Positions 9,753 to 18,949 of a stretch of DNA of 39,461 bases are shown piece after piece. Position 1 is the stretch's first letter. Each line of letters opens with the position of its first letter. The notes beneath the pieces are model-generated. The model saw only the letters and a list, made by a program, of their open reading frames with translations, ran no database searches and was not told the DNA's origin. Source of the DNA: Coriobacteriia bacterium (GTDB lineage: Bacteria > Actinomycetota > Coriobacteriia > Anaerosomatales > SLCP01); the NCBI GenBank assembly GCA_007123455.1, contig SKKZ01000143.1:1-39461 (forward strand). Reading direction: 5' to 3'. The translations under genes were made by a program, and so were the position numbers.

Positions 9753-9930
9753 GTACTTCGCCTTGCACGTGGCTTCGACGCACAACGGTTGAACCAACAC
9801 TTTTTGGACGGGAGCCTCATCATTCCTCGACGGAAAGGTATCCTCTCCGGAGGAAGCTTGAAGTCGACGGTGCGGGCACCCACCTGCCGAGGCAGGTTCA
9901 CCGGGTCGGAGACACGGCAAGGCGAGGTCG
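9753..9930 (+). ncRNA. ssrS: Candidate 6S-like regulatory RNA (rod-shaped fold, about 175-180 nt) in the aspS-downstream intergenic region
   Basis: The 260-nt non-coding gap has visibly lower GC than its flanks. A long imperfect helix pairs 9755-9795 with 9895-9928 (about 34 pairs). Examples are ACTTCGCCTTGC with GCAAGGCGAGGT, CGTG with CACG, CTTCGAC with GTCGGAG, and GGT(T)GAACC with GGTTCACC. The helix encloses an unpaired bubble and a terminal hairpin at 9823-9855 (TTCCTC/GAGGAA, CGGA/TCCG, AGG/CCT). Promoter-like hexamers TTGTGA (9718-9723), a 17-nt spacer and TACACT (9741-9746) place a transcription start at about 9753. In Bacillus subtilis the 6S-1 RNA (bsrA) sits in the aspS-yrvM intergenic region. 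Confidence 0.4.
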
Positions 9931-9959
9931 CGTTCGGCGCCTGAGTGGAGGAAGAGAGC

Positions 9960-10547
9960 ATGCGCAGAACAGTCGCAGTACTCATCGTGGCACTACTCGC
10001 ACTCACCCTCGTTGCATGCGGCGGAGGCCCGGCCGACGACCCGGTGACGACTCCGGATATCGACGCCGCCGCACCACCTCCTCCTCCCGAGGAAGAAGCA
10101 CCTGACCTGTCACCCACCGAGGAGCAGGTCTACGAGCCGTTCCCGGTCGACCCCGAGATCGGTGTTCCTGATGCGATTCAGAGCCGTCTCGATTCGGGAC
10201 AGCCCATGATCATCGTGTTCGTCGATGACTCCCAGAAGACCACCGACGACCAGGAAGAGATCATCCGTGGCGTGACGGAAACGTATCGCGGACTTATCGA
10301 CGTGCTCTCGTTCAACCTGGGCGCGTACGTCAGCCAGGACTCGAAAGGTACGATCACCGTCAAGCCCGAGCTGACCGATGACGAGACCGCGAAACAGGTG
10401 ACCCGTCTCATAAGTCAAGACTATCTGGATGTTCGGTTCACTCCGTTTATCCTGATCGTCGACGACCAGGGCTACGTCACCTGGCGTCACCGTGGCATCT
10501 CCGACGACAAGACGCTCGAGCGCGAGGTGCTCCGGGTCACGGAGTAG
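9960..10547 (+). CDS. Putative lipoprotein, possibly thioredoxin-fold-like but without a CxxC motif
   Basis: Signal peptide plus lipobox: MRRTVAVLIVALLALTLVAC|GGG. The ATG at 9960 follows GGAGGAAGAGAG. Function is not recognisable. Confidence 0.8.
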   Translation: MRRTVAVLIVALLALTLVACGGGPADDPVTTPDIDAAAPPPPPEEEAPDLSPTEEQVYEPFPVDPEIGVPDAIQSRLDSGQPMIIVFVDDSQKTTDDQEEIIRGVTETYRGLIDVLSFNLGAYVSQDSKGTITVKPELTDDETAKQVTRLISQDYLDVRFTPFILIVDDQGYVTWRHRGISDDKTLEREVLRVTE

Positions 10548-10552
10548 CCGGG

Positions 10553-11893
10553 GTGGAATCCCTCTTTGACGAGCAGGCCGATCGGGCCCGGGAGCAGGGA
10601 GCTCCACTGGCGGTCAGGATGCGTCCCCGCTCGCTTGATGAGTTCATCGGACAGCAGCCTGCAGTCGGCCCCGGGACCCTGCTGCGTCGCTCTATCGAGC
10701 GCGATGACCTCTCGCCGTTCATCCTGTACGGGCCTCCCGGGACAGGGAAGACGAGCCTTGCACGCATCATCGCCGGTGCGACCCGTGCTCACTTCTCCGA
10801 ACTCTCCGCGGTGACATCCGGTGTGGCGGATATTCGCGCAGCCATCGAGGGTGCGCGCCGCAGGCTCGGTGAGACCGGTCAGCGAACGATTCTCTTTGTC
10901 GACGAGATCCACCGTTTCTCCAAGTCACAACAGGACGCGCTGTTGCATGCCGTCGAGGACAATCTCGTCGTCCTCGTGGGTGCGACAACCGAGAATCCTT
11001 TCTTCGAGGTCAACGCCCCGCTGATCAGTCGCTCACGAGTGGTCGAGCTCACACCGCTCACCGATGACGATATCCGCGAGATCGTGAGACGGGCGCTCGT
11101 CGACGAGCGGGGCTTCGCAAACTCCCTCTCGCTGGAACCCGATGCCGAGGACGCGCTCGTCACGCTTGCGGGAGGTGACGCGCGCGTCGCGCTCGCCACA
11201 CTGGAATTCGCCGCCGCCGGAACGGCAGGCGAGACAGAACCGGGGTCTCCGGTCCGTGTAGACCGGGCTTCTATCGCGGCCGCAGTACCGACCCGGACCA
11301 TCTCGTACGACAAGGACGGTGACGTGCACTACGACGTCATCTCGGCGTTCATCAAGTCGATGCGGGGCTCGGACCCTGACGCGGCGGTCTACTGGCTGGC
11401 CCGCATGGCCAACGGGGGAGAGGACCCGAAGTTCATCGCCCGCAGGATCCTGATCTTCGCGTCGGAGGATATCGGCAACGCGGACCCCCGCGCGCTTCTG
11501 GTTGCCCACGCTTCGGTCAAAGCTGCCGAGTTCGTCGGATGGCCCGAGTGCCGCATCAATCTCGCCCAGGCCGCTGTGTATATGGCGCTGGCACCCAAAT
11601 CGAACGCCGCGATCGTCGCCATCGACCGTGCGCTGGCCGAGGTGCGCGAGGGCCCGGCGCGCGCGGTGCCGAACCACCTTCGTGATCGAAGTTATGAGGG
11701 AGCCAAGCAGCTCGGCAGGGGAGAGGGATACCTCTACCCTCATGCTCGTCCCGGGGAAGCGGCAGGACAACGATATCTTCCTGACGGGCTTGAAAGGGGT
11801 GCATTCTGGCGACCGGGGCGTGTAGGCTGGGAGGCACGCATCTCGGCCGATAGTGCAGAAGATGTGGACGAACACCGCTCTCATGGCAGGTGA
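10553..11893 (+). CDS. rarA: Replication-associated recombination protein A (RarA/MgsA AAA+ ATPase)
   Basis: LRPRSLDEFIGQ, Walker A GPPGTGKTSLA, Walker B ILFVDEIHRFSKSQQDALL, and a C-terminal MgsA_C-like segment (YDVISAFIKSMRGSDPDAAVYWLARM, GEGY.YPH). Confidence 0.93.
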   Translation: MESLFDEQADRAREQGAPLAVRMRPRSLDEFIGQQPAVGPGTLLRRSIERDDLSPFILYGPPGTGKTSLARIIAGATRAHFSELSAVTSGVADIRAAIEGARRRLGETGQRTILFVDEIHRFSKSQQDALLHAVEDNLVVLVGATTENPFFEVNAPLISRSRVVELTPLTDDDIREIVRRALVDERGFANSLSLEPDAEDALVTLAGGDARVALATLEFAAAGTAGETEPGSPVRVDRASIAAAVPTRTISYDKDGDVHYDVISAFIKSMRGSDPDAAVYWLARMANGGEDPKFIARRILIFASEDIGNADPRALLVAHASVKAAEFVGWPECRINLAQAAVYMALAPKSNAAIVAIDRALAEVREGPARAVPNHLRDRSYEGAKQLGRGEGYLYPHARPGEAAGQRYLPDGLERGAFWRPGRVGWEARISADSAEDVDEHRSHGR

Positions 11894-11964
11894 GCGCTGC
11901 TGCTCTGGTACACTTGACCGGTGCCGGACGGGCGGCTGAGAGGTGCGTTGTGGAGGGATTCCAG

Positions 11965-12336
11965 GTGCTCGTCGCAGCTCTTCTGGTTGCCGGGCTTGTC
12001 GTGTGCGGGGTCGCAGTGTACGCCCTGCTCGAGGCGGTACGCACACTCAAGTCGGCTCGTACGCTGGCAGACGAACTGGTTCGATCGCTGCCGCCACTGA
12101 TCGAGAAGGCCGACGTCACGGTTGACGCGCTGAACGTCGAGCTCTTGCGTGTGGATGCCATCATCGGCGATGTCGAGGAGCTGTCGATGAAGGTAGGTTA
12201 CACCGTGACGGCGGTGCAGGATGCGGTGAACGTGCCTGCGAACGCGGTCAACGTCGCAGGTGAGCGTATTCGCGAAGCATGGCATAAGGTCAAGCGGTCC
12301 CGGAAAGAAAGTGCCGGGCCGACAGGACAGGACTAA
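11965..12336 (+). CDS. DUF948/YtxH-like membrane-anchored coiled-coil protein
   Basis: One N-terminal TM segment (VLVAALLVAGLVVCGVAVYALL) followed by a helical region. I chose the GTG at 11965, preceded by GGAGGG. Alternative starts are 11890 and 11950. Confidence 0.7.
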   Translation: MLVAALLVAGLVVCGVAVYALLEAVRTLKSARTLADELVRSLPPLIEKADVTVDALNVELLRVDAIIGDVEELSMKVGYTVTAVQDAVNVPANAVNVAGERIREAWHKVKRSRKESAGPTGQD

Positions 12337-12354
12337 GACCCGACCGGAGGAACG

Positions 12355-12759
12355 ATGTTGGCAGACCGAATCTCACTGACCGTCCCCACGCGCGCCGAGT
12401 ACGCGAAGACCGTGCGCATGACGGCGTCTGCGCTCGTCAGCCGCATGGGGGCGACCTACGACGACCTGGACGATGTGAGGGTCGCTGCAGAAGAGCTGTT
12501 CGTCTATGCGTGTGATCATGCAGGCGAAGATGATGAAGTCGCCATTGAATTCCTGCTCGAAGAGGAAGCCGTCCACATGACGGTTCGCCTGCCGAAGGGC
12601 GAGCGGGCGACCGATGAGGATGCCGAGCGCAGGGCGGCGTATGCGACGTTCATCCTTCAGTCGGTGTGCGATCACTACGAGCTCACCTCAGATCTTGAAG
12701 GCCAGTATCTCAAGGTGATGAAGGTTCTCGCAGCGGAGCCGGACGATGCCGATAGCTAG
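12355..12759 (+). CDS. Putative anti-sigma factor, RsbW/UsfX/SpoIIAB-like fold with degenerate ATP-binding motifs
   Basis: 134 aa, directly upstream of and overlapping a SigB/F-type sigma gene by 14 nt. The layout L.VP...EY...VRM..S....R.G...DLDDVRVAAEEL..YA..H....V.IEF.....V...V mirrors HATPase-type anti-sigma kinases. The N-box Asn and the DxGxG box are not evident. Confidence 0.6.
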   Translation: MLADRISLTVPTRAEYAKTVRMTASALVSRMGATYDDLDDVRVAAEELFVYACDHAGEDDEVAIEFLLEEEAVHMTVRLPKGERATDEDAERRAAYATFILQSVCDHYELTSDLEGQYLKVMKVLAAEPDDADS

Positions 12760-13534
12760 GAATAACGCCGGCAGGCAGTCCCGCAAGCTCACCTGGGACA
12801 AGCAGCTCACCCGCGAACTCTTCCGCAGGTATCGTCTCGAAGGTGATGAGGCGGCTCGCGATGAGCTCATCACGATGTATCTCAACCTCGTGAAGTATCT
12901 TGCGAGCCGCTTTCGCAACCGCGGGGAGCCTATCGATGACCTCATCCAGGTCGGTACCATCGGCCTCATCAAGGCGATAGATCGGTTCGACATCGACCGT
13001 CAGGTCGAGTTCACCACCTATGCGACACCTACCATCGTAGGAGAGCTCAAGCGCTACTTCCGCGACAAGGGGTGGGCTATCAAGGTGCCACGGCGTCTGC
13101 AGGAGCTGTCGTTCCGTGTGAATCAGGCAATGGACACACTGACTCAGAAGCTCCAGCGCTCCCCGTCCATCGCCGAGATCGCCGAACACATCGGAGTCAC
13201 TACCGAAGAAGTGCTCGAGGCCATGGAAACGAGCGAGGCGTACAACTTCGTCTCGTTGGAGAGCGACCGGGGTGGTGATGGCTCTGACACGTTCAGCATC
13301 CTCGAGTACATCGGCCAAGACGACCAGTTGATGGCCGTGGTCGACGACCGCACGACGCTCGCTGCCGCGCTCAAGTTCCTGACTCCGCAGGAGCAGCGCG
13401 TCCTCTACTTGCGCTTCTTCGAAGGTCTCACGCAGACGGAGATCGCACGGCAACTCGACATATCCCAGATGCAGGTCTCGCGATTGCTCCGCAAGACGCT
13501 CAAAGTGTTGCGCGAGAACATCGTAAGGGAGTGA
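12746..13534 (+). CDS. RNA polymerase sigma factor, SigB/SigF/SigG (group 3) family
   Basis: Region 2: YLNLVKYLASRFRNRGEPIDDLIQVGTIGLIKAIDRFD. Region 3 HTH: PSIAEIAEHIGVTTEEV. Region 4: LTQTEIARQLDISQMQVSRLLRKTL. Confidence 0.92.
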   Translation: MPIARNNAGRQSRKLTWDKQLTRELFRRYRLEGDEAARDELITMYLNLVKYLASRFRNRGEPIDDLIQVGTIGLIKAIDRFDIDRQVEFTTYATPTIVGELKRYFRDKGWAIKVPRRLQELSFRVNQAMDTLTQKLQRSPSIAEIAEHIGVTTEEVLEAMETSEAYNFVSLESDRGGDGSDTFSILEYIGQDDQLMAVVDDRTTLAAALKFLTPQEQRVLYLRFFEGLTQTEIARQLDISQMQVSRLLRKTLKVLRENIVRE

Positions 13535-13539
13535 GACCG

Positions 13540-14772
13540 GTGTCGGAGCGCCTGACCGAGGACCGCATCGAGAGCTGGCGCAGGCTTGCCACCATCAGCT
13601 GGGCGCTCGTGGGGCTCGGGCTCCTCATCATCGCCGGTTTCTGGATACTGGCGCGTGTCTGGGGCGCATTGATGCCGTTCGTGATCTCTCTCATCGTAGT
13701 GTTTGTGCTGCGTCGGCCGGTTAACCGCTTCGAGAAACTCGGTCTGTCCCGTTCTCTATCGGTGGTCCTGTGCTATCTGATCACCGCTGTGGCGCTGGCC
13801 GTGTTCGGGTTGTTTGTCATACCTCCCGTAGTGCGAGAGTTCCGCGACTTCGCCAACGACTTCCCGCGTCACTACGACGCCGCACTCGGCTTGTGGGACC
13901 AGATCGAGAGCGAGTATCTTGCAATCGAGTTCCCCGACTGGGTGCGTGAGGCAGCCGAGGCTGCACGGCAGAACATCATGTCGGGGTTGACCGCCGCATC
14001 ACGCAATATCGCCCAGGCTGTGCTTAACGTAGGCGGTCAGATCGTCGGCTTCTTCCTGAGCCTGTTCCTCGCTTTCGCGCTTGCGTTCTTCGTCCTTCGT
14101 GACCTGCCGACGCTGAAGTCCGAGATTCTCGCGCTGCCGGGTCCCGCACGGCGGGAAGAGTCCTTTAAGCTTGCTGCCGACGTGACCGATGTTCTTGAAG
14201 GCTTCATCCGCGGTCAGAGCTTCATCGCGCTCATCGTTGGCGTGATGACCGCACTTGGCCTGTGGTTGCTCGGAGTGCCGTACGCACTTGTCATCGGACT
14301 TATCGCGGGTGTCACCAACCTCATCCCGTATCTCGGCCCGGTGGTAGGTGGTGCGGTCGCCGCTATCTCCGCGGCGTTCGTGAGTCCGATCCTCGTCGTC
14401 TGGACCATCCTGTACATCATCCTGATACAGCAGGTGGAGTCCTTGTTCCTCCAGCCCCGCATCATGTCCGGACAGGTTCACCTGCATCCCGTGCTCGTGA
14501 TACTCTCGTTGCTCGTCGGCGCGACGCTGTTCGGGCTGATCGGGATGCTCTTCGCGGTTCCGGTGGCCGGTGTGGTCAAGGTCATGTTCGTGCACTACTA
14601 CGAGAAGTGGACCGCGTCGACTATCGCTGCCGAGAACGGTGCGTTGTTCCGCAAGCCGAGGCGTCGCGGATCGCGAAAGGACGATGAGTGTCCTCCTCCG
14701 CGCACCGACGGCGCAGAAGCCCCCGGAGACGTTTCGGGGAGCGGGCCGGCGAAGGAAGACGGAACACCATAA
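13540..14772 (+). CDS. AI-2E family transporter (UPF0118/PerM-like permease)
   Basis: Multiple TM segments and the family-typical GVTNLIPYLGPVVGG segment. The GTG at 13540 lies 9 nt after AGGGAG; the alternative is GTG 13531. Confidence 0.88.
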   Translation: MSERLTEDRIESWRRLATISWALVGLGLLIIAGFWILARVWGALMPFVISLIVVFVLRRPVNRFEKLGLSRSLSVVLCYLITAVALAVFGLFVIPPVVREFRDFANDFPRHYDAALGLWDQIESEYLAIEFPDWVREAAEAARQNIMSGLTAASRNIAQAVLNVGGQIVGFFLSLFLAFALAFFVLRDLPTLKSEILALPGPARREESFKLAADVTDVLEGFIRGQSFIALIVGVMTALGLWLLGVPYALVIGLIAGVTNLIPYLGPVVGGAVAAISAAFVSPILVVWTILYIILIQQVESLFLQPRIMSGQVHLHPVLVILSLLVGATLFGLIGMLFAVPVAGVVKVMFVHYYEKWTASTIAAENGALFRKPRRRGSRKDDECPPPRTDGAEAPGDVSGSGPAKEDGTP

Positions 14773-14782
14773 GGAGATCCGC

Positions 14783-17416
14783 GTGAACTCAGCCGAGATC
14801 AGGGAGAGTTTTCTCTCGTACTTCGAGACGAAAGGCTCACGGAGAGTGTCGAGCTCCTCGCTCGTGCCCGACGACCCGTCCCTCCTGCTCACCTCCGCGG
14901 GGATGGTGCAGTTCAAGCCGGTCTTTCTCGGCGTCAAAGACCTCGGCTTCATGCGTGCCACGACGTGCCAGAAGTGCGTGCGCACCACCGATATCGACAT
15001 CATCGGCACCACCAACCGCCATCACAGCTTCTTCGAGATGCTCGGCAACTTTAGCTTCGGCGACTATTTCAAGAGCGAAGCGTGCGCGTGGGCACAGGAG
15101 TACTCGGTCGAGATGCTCGGGCTCGACCCCGACCGGCTGTGGTACTCGATCTACGAGGACGACGATGAGGCCGAGCGTATCTGGGCCGAGGAGGTCGGCG
15201 TCCCGCGCGAGCGCATCGTGCGAATGGGCGCGAAGGACAACTTCTGGTCGGCTGGACCGACCGGTCCGTGCGGGCCGTGCTCGGAGCTCTATTACGACCA
15301 GGGCGAGAGCGTGGGCTGCGGTCTCGACTCGTGTGCGCCCGGATGTGAATGCGACCGTTTCCTCGAGTACTGGAACCTCGTCTTCATGCAGTTCGACCGT
15401 GCCGAGGACGGTACGCTCACCCCGCTGCCCAACCAGAGTATCGATACCGGCATGGGCCTCGAGCGCGTTGCCGCGATACTCCAGGGAGTGAGATCGAACT
15501 TCGAGACCGACATCCTGCGCTCGATCATGGCGCGGGCCGAGGAGCTTACGGGTGTTGCATACGGGTCTTCGGAGAAGATCGACACCTCGCTCAGGATCGT
15601 CACCGATCATACGCGGGCCGTCACGTTCCTCGTCGCCGACGGGGTTCTTCCCTCCAACGAAGGTCGGGGCTACGTTTTGCGGCGCATTCTGCGCCGTGCC
15701 GTACGCCACGGGCGCCTGCTCGGCAGGACCGAGCCGTTCATGGCCGAGATGGTGGATCGCGTCGTCGAACTCATGGGCGCGGCCTATCCTGAGATCGCCG
15801 AACACCACGACCTCGTGCGGCGGATCGCCGACTCCGAGGAGCAGCGGTTCAGCACGACCCTGCGTCAAGGGCTCGCCTTTCTCGACGAGGAGATCTCGAG
15901 GCTCAAGGAGGCCGGCTCGCCCGTTCTCGACGGGCGCACGGCCTTCGCGTTGCACGATACCTTCGGGTTCCCCCTGGAGCTGACGGCTGAGATTGTCGCC
16001 GAGGCGGGTCTCGACGTGGAACTGGACGTATTCGAGGCCGAGATGGCAGCCCAACGGGAGCGCGCCCGCGCCGCCGTCAAGGACGAGTCGTGGACATCGT
16101 TCGCGAACGCCTTCAACGAGATCGCCACGCGAGCGGGGCAGACCGACTTCGTCGGTTACGAGCGTGACGACGCGACCGCAACGGTCATCGGACTGGTGAC
16201 CGGGGGGGCATCGGTTGAAGAGATCGCCGCCGGGACCGCCGCGGAGGTCGTGCTCGATCGCACTCCGTTCTATGCCGAGCAGGGGGGGCAAGTCGGCGAC
16301 CAGGGAGTCCTATCCAGCGAGCGTGGCGACGTTTTCGAGGTCACGGACACCACCCTTCCCGTGTCAGGTGTGATCTCGCACCGGGGCACCCTCACCTCGG
16401 GCACCCTGCGGCTTGGCGATACCGTGTCGGCGGATATCGACGTCATGCGTCGCGAGCGTATCCGTCGCAATCACACCGCTACCCACCTGCTGCACTGGGC
16501 ACTCAGGTTGGTGCTCGGCGATCACGTGCGCCAGTCCGGCTCGCACGTGGCCCCGGACAGGCTCCGCTTCGACTTCACGCATTTCGAGGCCCCGGGTGCA
16601 GACCAGCTCGACAAGATCGAGCGGATGGTCAACGCCAAGATCATGGAGAACCATCCGGTCCGCAGCTACGAGACTTCGCTCACGTCTGCGAAGGAGGCCG
16701 GAGTCACCGCACTGTTCGGTGAGAAGTACGGCGAATTCGTGCGCGTGCTCGAGACCGGCAACTTCAGCAAGGAGTTGTGCGGGGGGACTCACGTCGCCAG
16801 AACCACGGAGATCGGCCTCGTGAAGATTGCGTCGGAGGGTAGCGTCGGTGCCAACCTGCGGCGCATCGAGGCGGTCACCTCATTCGATGCGCTCGAGTAC
16901 GTCGAGCGCGAAGAAGCCGAACTCGCCGAGGCCGCTGCTGTGTTGAAGGTACAACGGTTCGATGTCTCCGAGCGTGTCGGCACTCTCGTCAAGCGCGTCA
17001 AGGAGCTCGAGTCGGCCAAGGAGCGCGTGAAGGAGAACCTTTCAGCGCAGAGCATCGATGCACTGCTGGCCGAAGCGTTCGATGTCGGCTATCAGTTGGT
17101 GATAACGCGCGTGCCTGACACGGATGCCGGGGGCTTGCGTGGCATCGCCGACGTCATGCGTGCGCGCATGGGCGGAGGAGCTGTGGTACTCGCGACGGTC
17201 GCCCCTGACGGCGGAGCGCCACTACTGCTTGCCGCCGGCTCCGATGACGCCGTCGCTGCCGGGTTCGACGCAGGTGCGGTCATCAAGGCGGTCGCGCCCC
17301 ACGTCAAAGGCGGGGGAGGCGGCAAGCCCGCGATGGCACAGGCCGGCGGGAAAGATGCCTCAGGTGTCGACGCAGCCCTGGCGGCCGCCCGCGACATGCT
17401 CGGCACACCGGAGTAG
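14783..17416 (+). CDS. alaS: Alanine--tRNA ligase
   Basis: IRESFLSYFE..GS, SAGMVQFKP, HHSFFEMLGNFSFGDYFK, editing-domain HTATHLLHWAL and a C-terminal DHHA1-like GGGGGKP. The GTG at 14783 follows AAGGAG. The track's upstream extension overlaps the transporter gene. Confidence 0.95.
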   Translation: MNSAEIRESFLSYFETKGSRRVSSSSLVPDDPSLLLTSAGMVQFKPVFLGVKDLGFMRATTCQKCVRTTDIDIIGTTNRHHSFFEMLGNFSFGDYFKSEACAWAQEYSVEMLGLDPDRLWYSIYEDDDEAERIWAEEVGVPRERIVRMGAKDNFWSAGPTGPCGPCSELYYDQGESVGCGLDSCAPGCECDRFLEYWNLVFMQFDRAEDGTLTPLPNQSIDTGMGLERVAAILQGVRSNFETDILRSIMARAEELTGVAYGSSEKIDTSLRIVTDHTRAVTFLVADGVLPSNEGRGYVLRRILRRAVRHGRLLGRTEPFMAEMVDRVVELMGAAYPEIAEHHDLVRRIADSEEQRFSTTLRQGLAFLDEEISRLKEAGSPVLDGRTAFALHDTFGFPLELTAEIVAEAGLDVELDVFEAEMAAQRERARAAVKDESWTSFANAFNEIATRAGQTDFVGYERDDATATVIGLVTGGASVEEIAAGTAAEVVLDRTPFYAEQGGQVGDQGVLSSERGDVFEVTDTTLPVSGVISHRGTLTSGTLRLGDTVSADIDVMRRERIRRNHTATHLLHWALRLVLGDHVRQSGSHVAPDRLRFDFTHFEAPGADQLDKIERMVNAKIMENHPVRSYETSLTSAKEAGVTALFGEKYGEFVRVLETGNFSKELCGGTHVARTTEIGLVKIASEGSVGANLRRIEAVTSFDALEYVEREEAELAEAAAVLKVQRFDVSERVGTLVKRVKELESAKERVKENLSAQSIDALLAEAFDVGYQLVITRVPDTDAGGLRGIADVMRARMGGGAVVLATVAPDGGAPLLLAAGSDDAVAAGFDAGAVIKAVAPHVKGGGGGKPAMAQAGGKDASGVDAALAAARDMLGTPE

Positions 17417-17418
17417 TC

Positions 17419-17835
17419 ATGAGGGTGCTCGCTCTCGACATCGGGGAGCGACGGGTGGGCGTCGCGATCTCGGACCCCGGGGCTACGATAGCCTCTCCGC
17501 TCGACGTCCTCGATGCAACGGGCCGACTTGCCGAGCAGGTCGCGGCTCTCGTGGTCGATCGGGAGGTGGAACTCGTCGTGGTGGGGCTTCCTCTGACGCT
17601 GCGTGGCGAAGAGGGGCCGCAGGCTGCACGGGTGCGTGCAGCAGCCGAACGAATCGCGGAGCGTATCTCCGTGCCTATCGTCTATCATGATGAGCGACTG
17701 TCCAGTGCGGAAGCGAATCGGTCGATGAAGGGTTCGTCATCCGTGCGCAAGCGGCGCGGCAGTGTCGACAAGGTCGCTGCCGCCATCTTCCTGCAGTCGT
17801 TCCTGGACGGCGGCGGGGCACGTTCATCCGAGTGA
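17419..17835 (+). CDS. ruvX: Holliday junction resolvase-like protein RuvX (YqgF)
   Basis: VLALDIGERRVGVAISD N-terminus, 138 aa, in the canonical position after alaS. Confidence 0.93.
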   Translation: MRVLALDIGERRVGVAISDPGATIASPLDVLDATGRLAEQVAALVVDREVELVVVGLPLTLRGEEGPQAARVRAAAERIAERISVPIVYHDERLSSAEANRSMKGSSSVRKRRGSVDKVAAAIFLQSFLDGGGARSSE

Positions 17836-18947
17836 CGGCTGGAGGGCTGATGGGACGCAGGCACCGCAAGAGTCCACTCGTCGAATCGAGTCGTGACCCG
17901 CGACATGCGCGAACGCGGGTCGGGGTCGCATTCGCTCTCCTGGGAATCGTTGCGCTTCTGCTTGCCGCGGGCGGGGCAGCCTCCTGGTGGTATCTGTTGG
18001 TGCGGCCCGATGTCGCCGATGTGCAGCCGGGGCAGCCGGTGCAGATCGAGATTCCGCAGGGTGCCGGTACAGCAGAGATCGCCGAACGACTCTCAGAAGT
18101 CGGTATAGTCTCCAACGCAAATCGATTTCGTCTCGAGGCGCGCCGTGCAGGCGCCGATGGACAGCTGCGCGCCGGCATCTACGATTTCGAGACCGGCATG
18201 TCATACGAGCAGGTCATCGCAGAGCTGCGGTCTGGTCCACCCATCGTCTACTCGACCGTGACCATTCCGGAGGGGTGGGTGATCGAGCAGGTCGCTGAGC
18301 GTGTCGAGCGCGATGCGGGGATTCCCGCGGCCGAGTTCGAGGAACTCGCACGGGGTGGGTACGAGGAGTTCCCGCGTGAATACCTCCAGGAGGTCCCGGA
18401 CGGTCTGCTAGAAGGTTATCTCTTCCCCAAGACCTATCGTGTTCGCGAGGGCAGTTCGGCACGCGACGTGATCGAGATGATGCTGGACCAGTTCGAGATC
18501 GAGCTGGCCGAGGTGGACGTCGCCGCTGCCGAAGCGCGGGGATTCACTCTGCACGAACTCGTGACGATGGCTTCCATAATCGAGCGTGAGACACGTGTGG
18601 CCGATGAGCGCGTCTACGTGTCCTCCGTCATCCACAACCGGCTCGAGAAGGGAATGCGACTCGAGATCGACGCGACGATCGAGTACCTGCTTCCCGGCAC
18701 CCGCTTCCGTCTGACCTACGAGGACCTTGAGATCGACAGCCCGTACAACACGTACCGCAATGCGGGTCTGCCGCCGGGTCCTATCTGCAGTCCGGGGCTC
18801 GCTTCGCTCAAGGCGGCGGCCGCACCGGCCGACACAGAGTACATCTTCTACGTGTTGACGGACCCGGACGGGTCGCACACGTTCACGGAGACATACGAAG
18901 AATTCCTGCGTGCGAAAGAACGCTCAAAGGAGGTGTTCGGAGAGTAG
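17832..18947 (+). CDS. mltG: Endolytic murein transglycosylase MltG (YceG family)
   Basis: N-terminal TM segment, then LEGYLFPKTYRV, ASIIERE and NTYRNAGLPPGPICSPG. The alternative start is ATG 17850. Confidence 0.92.
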   Translation: MTAGGLMGRRHRKSPLVESSRDPRHARTRVGVAFALLGIVALLLAAGGAASWWYLLVRPDVADVQPGQPVQIEIPQGAGTAEIAERLSEVGIVSNANRFRLEARRAGADGQLRAGIYDFETGMSYEQVIAELRSGPPIVYSTVTIPEGWVIEQVAERVERDAGIPAAEFEELARGGYEEFPREYLQEVPDGLLEGYLFPKTYRVREGSSARDVIEMMLDQFEIELAEVDVAAAEARGFTLHELVTMASIIERETRVADERVYVSSVIHNRLEKGMRLEIDATIEYLLPGTRFRLTYEDLEIDSPYNTYRNAGLPPGPICSPGLASLKAAAAPADTEYIFYVLTDPDGSHTFTETYEEFLRAKERSKEVFGE

Positions 18948-18949
18948 CC

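Noticed and set aside
11033-12046. 337-aa minus-strand ORF across the rarA 3' end and the DUF948 start; similar cases are 5780-6514, 12710-13453, 19543-20475 and 35847-36644
   Set aside because: All of them overlap strongly supported + strand genes and have Arg/Pro-rich compositions without domains, so they are high-GC antisense shadows.
14837-16291. 484-aa minus-strand ORF antisense to alaS
   Set aside because: It is a shadow of the alaS frame with no motifs, while alaS is unambiguous on the + strand.
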